Assembly (NCBI GenBank): GCA_965205505.1
Contig: CBDBHB010000009.1
Coordinates: 64,001-128,000, forward strand
DNA length: 64,000 nt
Reading direction: 5' to 3'
Source: Acidobacteriota bacterium
Lineage (GTDB): Bacteria; Acidobacteriota; UBA890; WLXD01
Part shown: in pieces, positions 19,078 to 28,596 of the stretch
How positions within the stretch are numbered: position 1 is the stretch's first letter
How the letters are laid out: the number at the start of each line of letters is the position of its first letter
Program-made: the position numbers and the translations under genes
Notes under the pieces: generated by a model
Told to the model about the DNA's origin: nothing
The model's input: the letters and a program-made list of their open reading frames with translations, nothing else
Databases searched by the model: none

Positions 19078-20427
19078 CTAGGCTAGCCTTGAGGCAGCGC
19101 GGGCCTTAGTTACTAAGAAGTCTCCGATGAAGCGCAGCCCACGTCCGTCGGCGGCCTCGAGGGCGTCGAGCGCGTCGGTGATGGCGCCGGTGAGCTCGGC
19201 CCACTGATCGTCGACGATGAGAATCCCATCGGACCCTACGGAGGCGGCTATGTTGCCGGCGACGTCGCGGGTGGCTTCGAGCATGACGACGTTGCCCGCC
19301 ACCGCCTGGGTAACGATCTCGACGCCGGTCAGGTCCGGCTTCTGGCCGGACGCAGCCGGTACCTCGGCGGTCCGGATCCCGTCGATCGCGACGCGGAACC
19401 CCATGTGGTCGTCGCTCGAGTTCTGCTCGTCGCCGGTGCGCGCCGCGGAGCGGATGCTGTGACCGCCCTGCGGTGCCACCGCGCCGTTGGCTTCGACTCC
19501 CGCCCAGTCGACCCACGAGCCACCGCGATTGACACGGTCGACGCGCTCGTCGGGCACGTCGGCCGGCCGCTCCGGGCCGCTCGGATTCCGCCGCGGCGAG
19601 CGTTCGTAGTAGCCGTCGTCGTACACGTCGTGCACCCACTCGCCGAGATTGCCCGCCAGGTCGTACACACCGTAGGGCGAGCGGCCCGCCGGATAGGCAT
19701 CGACGGGTGAGGTCTCGACATGGCCGTCGTCCACGGTGGAGTCGGACCGGCGGGTGTACTCGCCGTACTTGCCGATGAAGTTCACGTCGGCATAGTTGGC
19801 CCGGTTGCCGTCGGGGGCGTCGTTGCCCCACGGAAAGCGCCGGCCATCGGTGCCGCGGGCCGCCTTCTCCCACTGCGCCTCGGTGGGCAACACGACGGGA
19901 ACGCCGAGCTGCTCGGAGAGCCAGGCGCAGAACGCCTGGGCGTCGTTCCAGCTCACGCTCCCGACGGCGTGGTCGCCGCCCTGCTCGAAGTAGATGTTGT
20001 GCCAGGCGCCGTCGCTCATCGGCCGCCACGGATCGCCCCGGTCCCCGGGTCCGGGAATCTCGCCGGTCCACTGCCATGAGCCCATGCCGCGCTCGGCGTC
20101 GGTCACGTATCCCGTGGCCTCGACGAAGGCGCGAAACTGCCCCACCGTCACCGGGAACGCAGCGACCCAGTAGTCGTCGAGCTCGACCTCGTGCACCGGA
20201 AGCTCGTCGTCGAGGCCTTCCTCCGACCCCATCGCGAATGGCCCCGCCGGAACCAGGACGAAGACGTGCCCGTCGCCGAGGTCGGCCTCGCGATGCCCGA
20301 GGTCGTTGGTGCGCGACTCGACGGCCGCGGCAAGCACGCGATCGAGGATGTCCTGGGCGGCGGCCTCGACGGGGGGCGTCGCAGCAACCGCCAACATCAG
20401 CACGGTGATGCCCAAGGCCTGGCGCAC
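19078..20427 (-). CDS. Secreted FGE/SUMF1-domain protein fused to a truncated MBL-fold domain
   Basis: PTEAQWEKAARG, DLAGNLGEW, RGGSW, GFRV. Then AGNIAASVGSDGILIVDDQ...LRFI, cut before the HxHxDH motif. Confidence 0.8.
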   Translation of the reverse strand: MRQALGITVLMLAVAATPPVEAAAQDILDRVLAAAVESRTNDLGHREADLGDGHVFVLVPAGPFAMGSEEGLDDELPVHEVELDDYWVAAFPVTVGQFRAFVEATGYVTDAERGMGSWQWTGEIPGPGDRGDPWRPMSDGAWHNIYFEQGGDHAVGSVSWNDAQAFCAWLSEQLGVPVVLPTEAQWEKAARGTDGRRFPWGNDAPDGNRANYADVNFIGKYGEYTRRSDSTVDDGHVETSPVDAYPAGRSPYGVYDLAGNLGEWVHDVYDDGYYERSPRRNPSGPERPADVPDERVDRVNRGGSWVDWAGVEANGAVAPQGGHSIRSAARTGDEQNSSDDHMGFRVAIDGIRTAEVPAASGQKPDLTGVEIVTQAVAGNVVMLEATRDVAGNIAASVGSDGILIVDDQWAELTGAITDALDALEAADGRGLRFIGDFLVTKARAASRLA

Positions 20428-20521
20428 CGGATCCTCCCGCGTGTGGTCTAAGATGCGGCGAACCTATCACCCGGAAGAGTCGCCCGCCATGGGCGACCCG
20501 CCGCCCCACGGAGAGGCCGTC

Positions 20522-22222
20522 ATGCGCACAAGATCACGTTCGGCGTTCCTTCCCATCGTCCTGAGTCTCCTCGCTGGCGCCAGCGGACTGTCGAGGGCGG
20601 CGGAAGGCGCCACGCAGGATCGGACCTATCGCGATCTGACGACACTCTTCGAGGAGTTCCGCGATCTCAACGAGCCGGTCCTGCCGGACGGCGTGCCCGA
20701 CTACTCGCCGGCAGCGATGGAGCGACAGTATCGCCAGCTACGGGCGTTGCAGCGTCGGTTGGCGGCGTTCGACGTGGCCGACTGGCCGATAGGACAGCAG
20801 GTCGACTACCACCTCGTGCGCGCCGAGATGAACGGCCTCGAGTTCTACCACCGCGTCATGAAGCCTTGGCAGACGAGCCCGGATTTCTACTGGGGATCCC
20901 CAACCTCCACGGGCATGCCGTTCTGGGGTTTCTCGAGTCGGCAGCCCTCGGGCGAGGAGGTGGGGGACGAGGCGGGCTCCATCGCGCGCTACGGGTTCTC
21001 GGTCCGGCCCACGATGCCGCTGTCGACGGACGAGCTCGATACCTATCGGGTCCGACTCCGGGCGCTGCCCCGGATCCTGGCGCAGGGAAAGGCCCACATC
21101 GTGCTCGCGGACGCCCGGCACGACATGGGGATCTTCGGCATCCGCTCGCTCGACGAGGAAGGGGTGTTGCTGCGGGATCTCGTGCAGCTCATGCAACGAC
21201 ACCACCCGGAGGCCGTGGCCGACGCCGAGGCCGCCTGGGCCGCGGTACAGGACTATCGCGCCTGGATCGTGGCGAACCTGCATCGCATGACCGCCCCCAC
21301 CGGAGTCGGCCGCGACGACCTCGACTGGTGGCTCAAGAACGTCTGGCTGGTGCCGTATACCTCCGCCGAGGTGTGGGCGATCCTGAGCAGTCGCTACGAC
21401 CGATCGATGTCGGCGCTGGAGCTCGAGCGGTTCCGCAACCGTGATCTGCGAGAGCTCGAGCCGGCCGCCACCGAGGCCGAGTACCTGGGCGGCTACGAGC
21501 AGGCGGCACGCGACCTGATCGAGTTCTTCCGCTCCGGCGGCTACGACGGCCTGGCCTCCGAGCTCGCGACCCTCGACATGTCGCCACCGCCACGGAAGGC
21601 CTTCGGAAGGGAAAGCGATCCGATGGACCTCGCCGAGCGGGTGCGGTTCCGCTTTCCGCTCGACGAGGTCGTCCACGAGAACCTCGGACACCAGCTCGAC
21701 GTGCTGCGGCCCAAGGAGCACCTTTCGGTGATCCGGGCAGCCCGGCGGCTCCACGAGATGACCCACACGCGCCGCGAGGGATTCGCAGCCGGGCTCGCGG
21801 AGGTGTTGCTGAGCGGCGGCATCGCTGATGAGCGGCCCCGTGTGCGGGAGCTCGTCTACATCACCGCCGCCTATCGCGACGCGCGCGGCATGGGCGACCT
21901 CAAGTTCCAGCTCAACGAGCACGACTACGCCGGCTGGATGCGCTACGACTCCGACATGAGCCCGTTCCAGTGGGCCATCGCCGATAGCTTCACCATGTGG
22001 GATCACAAGCGCGACGCGGTCCGCGCCCCCGGCTACGAGCTCGCCTACACGCTCGGCGCCACCCAGTTCGAGAAGCTGCTGACGGCGCGCGCGCGGCAGC
22101 TGGGCGACGCGTTCGACTTCGGAGCGTTCCTCGAGCAGATGTTCGCCGCCGGGGAGATCCCCTTCGCGCTGATCCGCTGGGAGATGACCGGCCTCACCGA
22201 CGAGATCGATCGCCTCTGGTAG
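20522..22222 (+). CDS. DUF885 family secreted protein
   Basis: Signal peptide; HENLGH, REGFA, PGYELAYTLG, GEIPFALIRWE. Confidence 0.75.
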   Translation: MRTRSRSAFLPIVLSLLAGASGLSRAAEGATQDRTYRDLTTLFEEFRDLNEPVLPDGVPDYSPAAMERQYRQLRALQRRLAAFDVADWPIGQQVDYHLVRAEMNGLEFYHRVMKPWQTSPDFYWGSPTSTGMPFWGFSSRQPSGEEVGDEAGSIARYGFSVRPTMPLSTDELDTYRVRLRALPRILAQGKAHIVLADARHDMGIFGIRSLDEEGVLLRDLVQLMQRHHPEAVADAEAAWAAVQDYRAWIVANLHRMTAPTGVGRDDLDWWLKNVWLVPYTSAEVWAILSSRYDRSMSALELERFRNRDLRELEPAATEAEYLGGYEQAARDLIEFFRSGGYDGLASELATLDMSPPPRKAFGRESDPMDLAERVRFRFPLDEVVHENLGHQLDVLRPKEHLSVIRAARRLHEMTHTRREGFAAGLAEVLLSGGIADERPRVRELVYITAAYRDARGMGDLKFQLNEHDYAGWMRYDSDMSPFQWAIADSFTMWDHKRDAVRAPGYELAYTLGATQFEKLLTARARQLGDAFDFGAFLEQMFAAGEIPFALIRWEMTGLTDEIDRLW

Positions 22223-22291
22223 CGTCGTGTCGCGGGGCACGCCGGCAGATGTCGGCCCTGGCGTCGCCGATCGGCGACCCGCCGCCGCTGC

Positions 22292-22397
22292 CTAGTGGAG
22301 CGCCAGCGCGAAGCGCAGGGCGCGCTCCGCCGCCCGCATCTTCTCGGCCGTCAGCGTCGCGACGCGCTCCGCGAGGTGCGCCTTGCGGATAGTCACA
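22292..22397 (-). pseudogene. PemK/MazF toxin C-terminal fragment
   Basis: VTIRKAHLAERVATLTAEKMRAAERALRFALAL*. Confidence 0.6.
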
Positions 22398-22415
22398 CCC
22401 AGGGAACACGGGGGG

Positions 22416-22471
22416 CGCGCGGCATCCGGGGCTGGCGTGGCTCTGACTTTCGATGCCCCCCGTTGAACAGG
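22416..22471 (-). repeat. cos-like conserved element, copy A
   Basis: CCTGTTCAACGGGGGGCATCGAAAGTCAGAGCC...CCCGGATGCCGC, shared with 27468 and 32784. Confidence 0.7.
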
Positions 22472-22625
22472 TATGCACCGGCGTGCGCAGACGTCGGTTC
22501 GGGTGGCTCGCGGCAGGCCCGCTCGATCTCCCCTGGCGACGGTGGCGGCCAAAGAGCGCCGCCAGCCGGCCGCCTACCGTATCGTGCGCGCGCTATGGTC
22601 CCATGAAGGCCACGACGAATCAGAT

Positions 22626-22946
22626 TCAGGCACGAGTCTGATAGATCGGCATGCATCGGTTTCGCGCGATATCTGAAGCTCGATCGAACTCGTCGATCTC
22701 TTCCTGCGTTGCGGGTCGACAGAGTGTTGGGCTGCTGGTGTCATATCGCTCCGTACGTCTATCGGCCTTCTCGTCCGCCTCGATAGTAACGATGATGTAA
22801 CCGGTGGCGAGGCGGCCATCTTCCGTCCAACACTGGTCCCCAAAGAACGAGTAGTCATCGTATCGTGGTTCGGGGTCGCCTCCTCCTCTGACGGAATAGA
22901 CGAATCTGGAGGTTGGCTCGTGAATTACCCATTTCCAGATAGTCAT
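22626..22946 (-). CDS. Hypothetical protein
   Basis: Clean 106-aa ORF with lower GC and an upstream AGGA; no family recognised. Confidence 0.5.
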   Translation of the reverse strand: MTIWKWVIHEPTSRFVYSVRGGGDPEPRYDDYSFFGDQCWTEDGRLATGYIIVTIEADEKADRRTERYDTSSPTLCRPATQEEIDEFDRASDIARNRCMPIYQTRA

Positions 22947-23258
22947 TAGGGATGTCCTACCGTCCGTTGAATTGGAAGGTGACGGTGATCGGTGGAGGGG
23001 TGATTGTTACGCGGAACGCTCACACCGCGGATCACCTCGAGCAGCAATCGGCCTTGCTGTTCGCAGACGCGCTCCGGGTGCTCGCCCACGACCATCTACC
23101 TTCTTTGTCGTGGCCATCGATGTCGTCAGCAACGGCTTCAACCACGCGGCAGGCGGCCCTGATGGCGCGTGCGTGACAGGCCGTTCGTTTTCCATCGGTA
23201 AGGTCCCAGGATCCGGGCTCAGGACGTGTGCTTGCTGGGGTTGTTGTCACGATCGGGA

Positions 23259-24143
23259 TCATCCAGGGACGCTTCGCGGCATGCGCTTGCCGGCGGCCAG
23301 AGCCTGAAGCCGCGCCAGGTTGCGACGGTCCAGTACGTTGTCGGGCCCTTTCGGCGTCTCCAGAATACCCGGCAGCCGGCGGATCCGCCCGGCCGCCAGG
23401 AGCGCCCGGAATCCACGGCTGCCGATGGTGCCCTCGCCAATGCCGGCGTGGCGGTCGAGCCGCGAGCCGGCACCGCCCCGGGAGTCGTTCAGATGAATAC
23501 CGTGGATGCGGTCGAAGCCGATCGCATGGTCGAGCGCGTCCAGGGTCCGGCGCACCCGGAGGGGCGTGTCGAGGCGGTGGCCGGCCGCGTGCAGGTGGCA
23601 GCTGTCCAGGCAGACCCCGATGCGGTCCGCGCCAAAGCACCGTACAACCTCGCCCAGCTCTTCGAGGCACCCTCCGAGCGCCGTGCCCTGGCCGGCGGTC
23701 ACCTCCAGCAGCAGTCGTGTGCCTACGATTCCCCGCGTTAGCGCAGCGACGGAGGCCTCGAGGCGCTCGAGCGCCCGGGCACGGGGCTGATCACCGCAGG
23801 AGCCGGGGTGCACCACCAGCCCCGCGATCCCGAGGCGCTGGCAGCGCCGCAACTCGGCGCGACAGGCGCGCCATGAGCGCACCCGTAGCTCCGCATCGCC
23901 CGAGGCCAGGTTCACCAGATAGCTGGCGTGTGCCAGCACCGGGTGGATCCCATGACGGGCGCAACCGTCCCGGAAGCGTGCGGCCTCGCCGCGCCGCAGG
24001 CGCCGCATCGCCCACTGGCGGTTGCTCTTGACGAAGATCTGCATCGTCTCGCAGCCGAGATTCGCGGCGCGCTCAGGGGCCCGGTCCAGGCCTCCCGCTG
24101 CGGAAACGTGGACACCGAATCGCACGCCGCTTCGGTCGCTCAC
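23259..24143 (-). CDS. nfo: Endonuclease IV (AP endonuclease family 2)
   Basis: GVHVSAAGG, HASYLVNLAS, HPGS, LLEVTAGQG, DSCH, HLNDS, DRHAGIGEG, ILETPK. Confidence 0.92.
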   Translation of the reverse strand: MSDRSGVRFGVHVSAAGGLDRAPERAANLGCETMQIFVKSNRQWAMRRLRRGEAARFRDGCARHGIHPVLAHASYLVNLASGDAELRVRSWRACRAELRRCQRLGIAGLVVHPGSCGDQPRARALERLEASVAALTRGIVGTRLLLEVTAGQGTALGGCLEELGEVVRCFGADRIGVCLDSCHLHAAGHRLDTPLRVRRTLDALDHAIGFDRIHGIHLNDSRGGAGSRLDRHAGIGEGTIGSRGFRALLAAGRIRRLPGILETPKGPDNVLDRRNLARLQALAAGKRMPRSVPG

Positions 24144-24194
24144 GCTTCAACCGCCCGAGCTGCTCCCGCAAGCTCGGTGAGCCAGCGATCGTAT

Positions 24195-24374
24195 TTCCCT
24201 GTTCCCGCGCACGGATTTCCCTGTTCGGTCGCAGAAATTTCCTGTTCGATGCCAGAAAATTCCCTGTTCCGTTGCGTAGGGAATTAGGCCCATAAGCTCC
24301 ATGATATCAGTGGGTTAGGAGGCCTCGATCCGGCCGATTTGGGGCTAAATCGATGAAATTCCCTGTTTTCCCTG
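24195..24374. repeat. Phased TTCCCTGTT repeat array (mobile-element end)
   Basis: Copies at 24195, 24217, 24238 (1 mismatch) and 24260 (period 21-22), inverted AGGGAATT at 24278, further copies at 24359 and 24368. Confidence 0.85.
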
Positions 24375-24406
24375 ACCTGCCCCAAGTGTTGAGGCCACTT
24401 CGTAAC

Positions 24407-25264
24407 TCATAGAATCGGTGCTGGCAAGAGGTTGTTGCAGCCGGCGGAGCGGAGCGTAGCCGGCTTTAACAACGTCGCTTTCGGTGCAGGCGGCCGATAG
24501 CCCAACGAGCTGTGTGGCCGCACCTGGTTGTATTTGCGGCGCCAGGCTTGCACCAAGCTCTGCGCCTCCTTGAGCGTGTAGAAGATCTCCCCGTTCAGCA
24601 GCTCGTCGCGTAGCTTGCCGTTGAAGCTCTCCACATAGCCGTTTTCCCACGGCGAGCCGGGCTCGATGAACAACGTCTTCACACCGACCCGCTCGAGCCA
24701 GCCACGCACTACCCGAGAAGTGAACTCCGGTCCGTTGTCGGAGCGGATGTGGTCGGAAACACCACGGTTCACGAACAGCTCAGCGAGTCGATCCAACACG
24801 TTCTCGGAGTTGAGCCTGCGCGCCACATCGATGGCCAAGCACTCCCTGGTGTACTCATCCACGATCGTCAGCAGACGAACCGCTCGCCCGTCGTGAGTTC
24901 GTTCGTGCACGAAGTCATAGGCCCACACGTGATCTTTCCTTTCCGGCCTCAGCCGCACGCACGATCCATCGTTGAGCCACAAGCGTCCGCGCTTGGGCTG
25001 CTTTTTCGGTACCTTCAGTCCTTCACGACGCCATAACCGTTCGATCCTCTTGTGGTTCACCCGCCACCCTTCGCGTTCCATCAGAGCCGTGATCCGACGG
25101 TACCCGTAGCGTCCGTACTGCGTCGCCAGTTCGGTCATTCGCTTCACCAGCGGTGTCTCGTCTCCAGGCGCCTTGGGCCGATATTGCTGCGTCGAGCGCA
25201 CCTGGCCCAGCACTCGGCAGGCTCGCCTCTCCGACACCCCCTGCGACTGCTGTGCGTGTCGCAC
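24407..25264 (-). CDS. IS3-family transposase OrfB
   Basis: VWAYDFV, RSDNGPEF, PGSPWENGYVESFNGKLRDELLN. Confidence 0.92.
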   Translation of the reverse strand: MRHAQQSQGVSERRACRVLGQVRSTQQYRPKAPGDETPLVKRMTELATQYGRYGYRRITALMEREGWRVNHKRIERLWRREGLKVPKKQPKRGRLWLNDGSCVRLRPERKDHVWAYDFVHERTHDGRAVRLLTIVDEYTRECLAIDVARRLNSENVLDRLAELFVNRGVSDHIRSDNGPEFTSRVVRGWLERVGVKTLFIEPGSPWENGYVESFNGKLRDELLNGEIFYTLKEAQSLVQAWRRKYNQVRPHSSLGYRPPAPKATLLKPATLRSAGCNNLLPAPIL

Positions 25265-25287
25265 TGCCCGGCTCCGGCGCGCCGGGC

Positions 25288-25566
25288 TCAGAAGTTTCCC
25301 GACGACACCTCTTTGAGGATGGCGTTGTCGAGCATCGTCTCCGCCAGCAGCTTCTTGAGCCGCCCGTTCTCGCGCTCCAGCTCCTTGAGTCGCCGTGCCT
25401 GATCCACCCTCAGGCCGCCGTACTCCTTACGCCCCCGGTACTACGTGTTCTCGCTGATGCCCAGCTTCCGGCACGCCTGTGGCGTCTTGGCTCCTTGCGC
25501 CAGCTCGATCTCTGCCTCCCTGAGCTTGGCGATGATCTGCTCTACCGTGTATCGCTTCCGGGCCAT
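25288..25566 (-). pseudogene. IS-B OrfA with a premature TAG
   Basis: Near-identical to 1828-2106, but ACG TAC TAC has become ACG TAG TAC. Confidence 0.85.
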
Positions 25567-25643
25567 TTCTCCCCCTTCCCGAGCCTTCCTGAGAGCCTCA
25601 ATTCCTAACTCTCAAACTAGCCCGATTATTGGGGGGCAGGTCA

Positions 25644-25713
25644 GGACCTCATGGCCACGCGCGTGAGCCAGTGGCTGCAGAAGCTCAAGGTGAGCGAGGG
25701 GCCGCGCGCCGGC
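25644..25713 (+). pseudogene. Terminase large subunit N-terminal stub
   Basis: MATRVSQWLQKLKVSEGPRAG, near-identical to 27933-27998. Confidence 0.6.
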
Positions 25714-26304
25714 GGCAGCGGCGATAGGAGCCGGCGGCGCGAAACGGCACCGCCCCTGGGAACGCACCGCCTGGGTGCAGGCCCGGCTATCGGCAGGTCG
25801 CCCGCGGCCAGTCGTCGGTGTCGAGCACCCAGCGGGGTCAGGTCAGAGTTCGAGCCCAGAGAGGCCGAAGAGGAAGCCCAGTCTGGGGACGGTGACTCTG
25901 AGGAAGGCGACTCTGAGGAAGGCCACTCCGGAGAGTCCGAGTCCGAGGAAGCCGAAGTCTGAGGAGGTGCCGGCGCAGGGTGCTGGGAGGCATGGTCCAG
26001 AGGTAGCCAACTTTGGAGACCTTGACGAGGTCCCCACCGGGTCCCCCATGCCTGCGACGCGCCCTTCCTACGGCTAGGGTTCGTATGCAGCGAGCACGGC
26101 GGCTGCGAGCGGCTGTGCGGAGCCACCGCGCGAGCCGGCACAGCAGTCAAGCCGCGTTCTCTTGCCGTCAGACGGTGCAAACCGCGGTAGGTGTTTCTCG
26201 GTGCCGGGCGAGCCGTGCCCGGCCAGGTCATCCATCGACGGCACCGATGCGGCCAGTGCTCCAAGACTGGCGACGACGGCAGCCGCTTGGCGCACGGTGA
26301 GGCA

Positions 26305-26547
26305 ATGAGCATACGCAAGGGCGATTCTGACACGTACCGCTACACGCACTATCGCCCTGTACGCATCACGCGGCACTGGTCCCTGGAGGATGCGATCTGC
26401 GACGTGTGCGAGCTGCGGATTGCGGTCGGCACGCGAGGCTACGTCACGAGTCGCGACGAACTCACCGTGGTGCTGTGCCAGACATGCGGCCGCCAGGCCG
26501 GCGCGGCGCCCTTCTTGGCCCTTGTGAGGCACGGCATTTACCTCTGA
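26305..26547 (+). CDS. Small CxxC...CxxC zinc-ribbon protein, phage-like
   Basis: ICDVCE...LCQTCG; RBS GAGG and an ATGA overlap with an upstream stop. Confidence 0.45.
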   Translation: MSIRKGDSDTYRYTHYRPVRITRHWSLEDAICDVCELRIAVGTRGYVTSRDELTVVLCQTCGRQAGAAPFLALVRHGIYL

Positions 26548-26929
26548 GATCTTTGAAGCTACGACGCTTCCCTCGCACGGCCTGGGGAGATCGCTCGGCA
26601 GCTGTCGGTTACCGCGATCCACCGAGTCCCAGGCCGGGCGTCGCCACGGAGCCCCTATACCGAGACGTGCCGACTGAGACGCTTCCGATGGGCTCGGATG
26701 CGCACTGACAACGCCAGCGTCTGATGGGCACCGATTTCCGGCCCGGCAGTCTCCATTCCAGCGATCTTTCGCGGTGCCATTCGACTTTGCTGCCGGCGTC
26801 CCGAGGGGCATCATCGGGTGCCGGCTTGGTGGATTGCGCTGGCCGCTTCAGCTTGAAGCCACTCTATTGGCCAGCCCAGCGGAAGCGCTGGCAGCGTAGG
26901 TGGGACACTGCGTGAACGAAGGAGTGTGT

Positions 26930-27015
26930 GGTGCGGGAGAGTGACGAGCCAGGCGACGCCGCGGCACCAAGGAACACCGGGCTCCCGACCATCGCTGACC
27001 GGGCAGCCTTCCAGA
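26930..27015 (+). ncRNA. Partial copy of a structured IS110 left-end-like RNA
   Basis: GGTGCGGGAGAGTGACGAGCC...CCATCGCTGACCG.GCAGCC.TCCAGA, shared with 38470-38660. Confidence 0.45.
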
Positions 27016-27467
27016 CATCTGCAGATCAGCACAACGGTTCGCGGGCTGTCGCCATCCGGGGATGGCGCAAATCGAGTCGGTGGCGGCGATCATCGGCAGC
27101 CCACGTGTGCACGGAACACACAGGCGACGACGTGGCTACCTGAGGTGGCCGGTGAGCTTGCCGCCGAGCACTGGTCTCGAGCGCTTGAGGTCCTGCACCA
27201 ACTGTCCCGTTTCCGAGTTCTGCGACCGCGAGCTGATCGTGCCGACCGGCCGCCTGGCCGGCAGCCAGCTCGGCATCGAGCACATCGTCAATGATGGGCT
27301 CGTCGCAACTGGTGCGCGAGCTAGCGTCCCACAGACGGTCCCGCCCCGATCGCCAGCGACGTCGAGGGATACCCGGCTGGCCGCTCGTCGAGCTCACTGG
27401 CGCGCCTTATCGAAGTCGCCGGAGGCCGCCGCAGGCTCCAGCGGCCTTCTATGCACGCCTGAGCACT

Positions 27468-27522
27468 CCTGTTCAACGGGGGCATCGAAAGTCAGAGCCG
27501 TTCCATTCCCGGATACCGCGCC
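27468..27522 (+). repeat. cos-like conserved element, copy B
   Basis: As copy A; lies immediately upstream of an HNH gene. Confidence 0.7.
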
Positions 27523-27601
27523 CAGCCATTGCGTTTGTAAGCAAAACGATTCGGCAGGCATAGAATGTCTACTCGAATGAGAAACTGCCGAGAAGTCGCC
27601 G

Positions 27602-27909
27602 ATGGACCCCGAAGTCATCCGGCGGATGCGCTCGAGTGCCCGCTACCAGTGGCGGCGCGCCGACATCGTCCGGAACGAGCCGTTGTGCCGTCCCTGCGCT
27701 GAGGCACGCTTCACGGTCGGTGCCGAGCACATCGACCACATCGAGCCGGTGCACCTGGCGCCGGAGCGCTTCTGGGACCGCACCAACCTCCAGCCGTTGT
27801 GCCGGGACTGTCACGAGCGCAAGCACGCTGACGAGCGCCTCACGCCGGCGCAGATCCACGAGCGTGAGGCCTGGCGGCGCGCCGGATCGCTGAGTACGAA
27901 AAGAAGTGA
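27602..27909 (+). CDS. Phage packaging-type HNH endonuclease (probable 3' frameshift)
   Basis: EPLCRPC...HIDHIEP...NLQPLCRDCHERKH. An alternative frame ends RRIAEYEKK* overlapping the terL GTG. Confidence 0.8.
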
Positions 27910-27998
27910 GCCCACGATCGCCTCAGGACCTCATGGCCACCCGCGTGATCCGGTGGCTGCAGAAGCTCAAGGTGAGCGAGGCGCCGCTGGCCGGTCAG
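27906..27998 (+). pseudogene. Terminase large subunit N-terminal stub
   Basis: MSPRSPQDLMATRVIRWLQKLKVSEAPLAGQ, coupled to the HNH stop (GTGA). Confidence 0.6.
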
Positions 27999-27999
27999 T

Positions 28000-28310
28000 C
28001 TGCTGATCGGGGGTATCGGCATCGCCAGCGTCATGATCATCGCCGTCACCGAGAGCACCCGCGAGATCGGCGTCCGCCTGGGCCGTCGGCGCGCGGTGCA
28101 CGGAGGTGCAACGGAAGTTCCTCATCGAGTCGGCGCTGCTGTCGCTGGCCGGCGGAGTCGCCGGGCTCGCGTCGCGGCCGCCCCTCACGGTCGTGCTAAC
28201 GCTGGTGCTGCCTGGGTTCCTGCCGGTGTTGCCGACGTGGGCTGTGGCGTTCGGGCTCGTTTCCTCGGCCCTGACCGGCATTCTCGCCGGCTATCTGCCG
28301 GCGAGGCGGT
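28000..28310 (+). pseudogene. MacB/FtsX-like ABC permease C-terminal fragment
   Basis: GIGIASVMIIAVTESTREIGVR...FLIESALLSLAGG...GYLPARR; frameshifted. Confidence 0.75.
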
Positions 28311-28322
28311 GTCGAAGAGGTC

Positions 28323-28520
28323 TTGGAGTTCGTGAGCGGCCACCAGGCTCAGTACCCGTGGCGCGTGCTGGAAGTCTCCACCAGCGGGTACTACGCGTGG
28401 CGCAAGCGACCGCTCTGGGCTAGAGCGCGACGCGACGCACAGCTGCGAGCAAGGATCGCCGAGATCCACGTCGACAGCCGTGGCACGTACGGAGTGCCCC
28501 GGATCCACTCAGAGCTGACG
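28323..28520 (+). pseudogene. IS3-family OrfB N-terminal fragment
   Basis: VSTSGYYAW...SRGTYGVPRIHSEL. Confidence 0.75.
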
Positions 28521-28596
28521 CACAGAGATCGAGGTATGGTCGCGGAGTTCATCGGCCATCGACCGAATTCTGGCGCACGCTGGGCAGAAGGCTTAG

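Larger units (their letters stand above)
24373..25643 (-). mobile_element. IS3-family element IS-B, full length (1271 bp), orfA with nonsense mutation
   Basis: IRs TGACCTGCCCC at both ends; orfA/orfB with GGGAAAC slippery site. Confidence 0.92.

Noticed and set aside
20738-22240. 500-aa minus-strand ORF and similar long antisense ORFs (19106-20509, 55665-56816, 34412-35338)
   Set aside because: Shadow frames of real genes in high-GC DNA, with no recognisable motifs.
24195-24285. TTCCCTGTT repeats as a CRISPR array
   Set aside because: The 9-bp repeat and 12-13-bp gaps are far too short.
25840-25962. 15-bp GACTCTGAGGAAGGC tandem repeats as a regulatory array
   Set aside because: They encode an acidic low-complexity protein tail (DSEEG) of an unidentified truncated gene.
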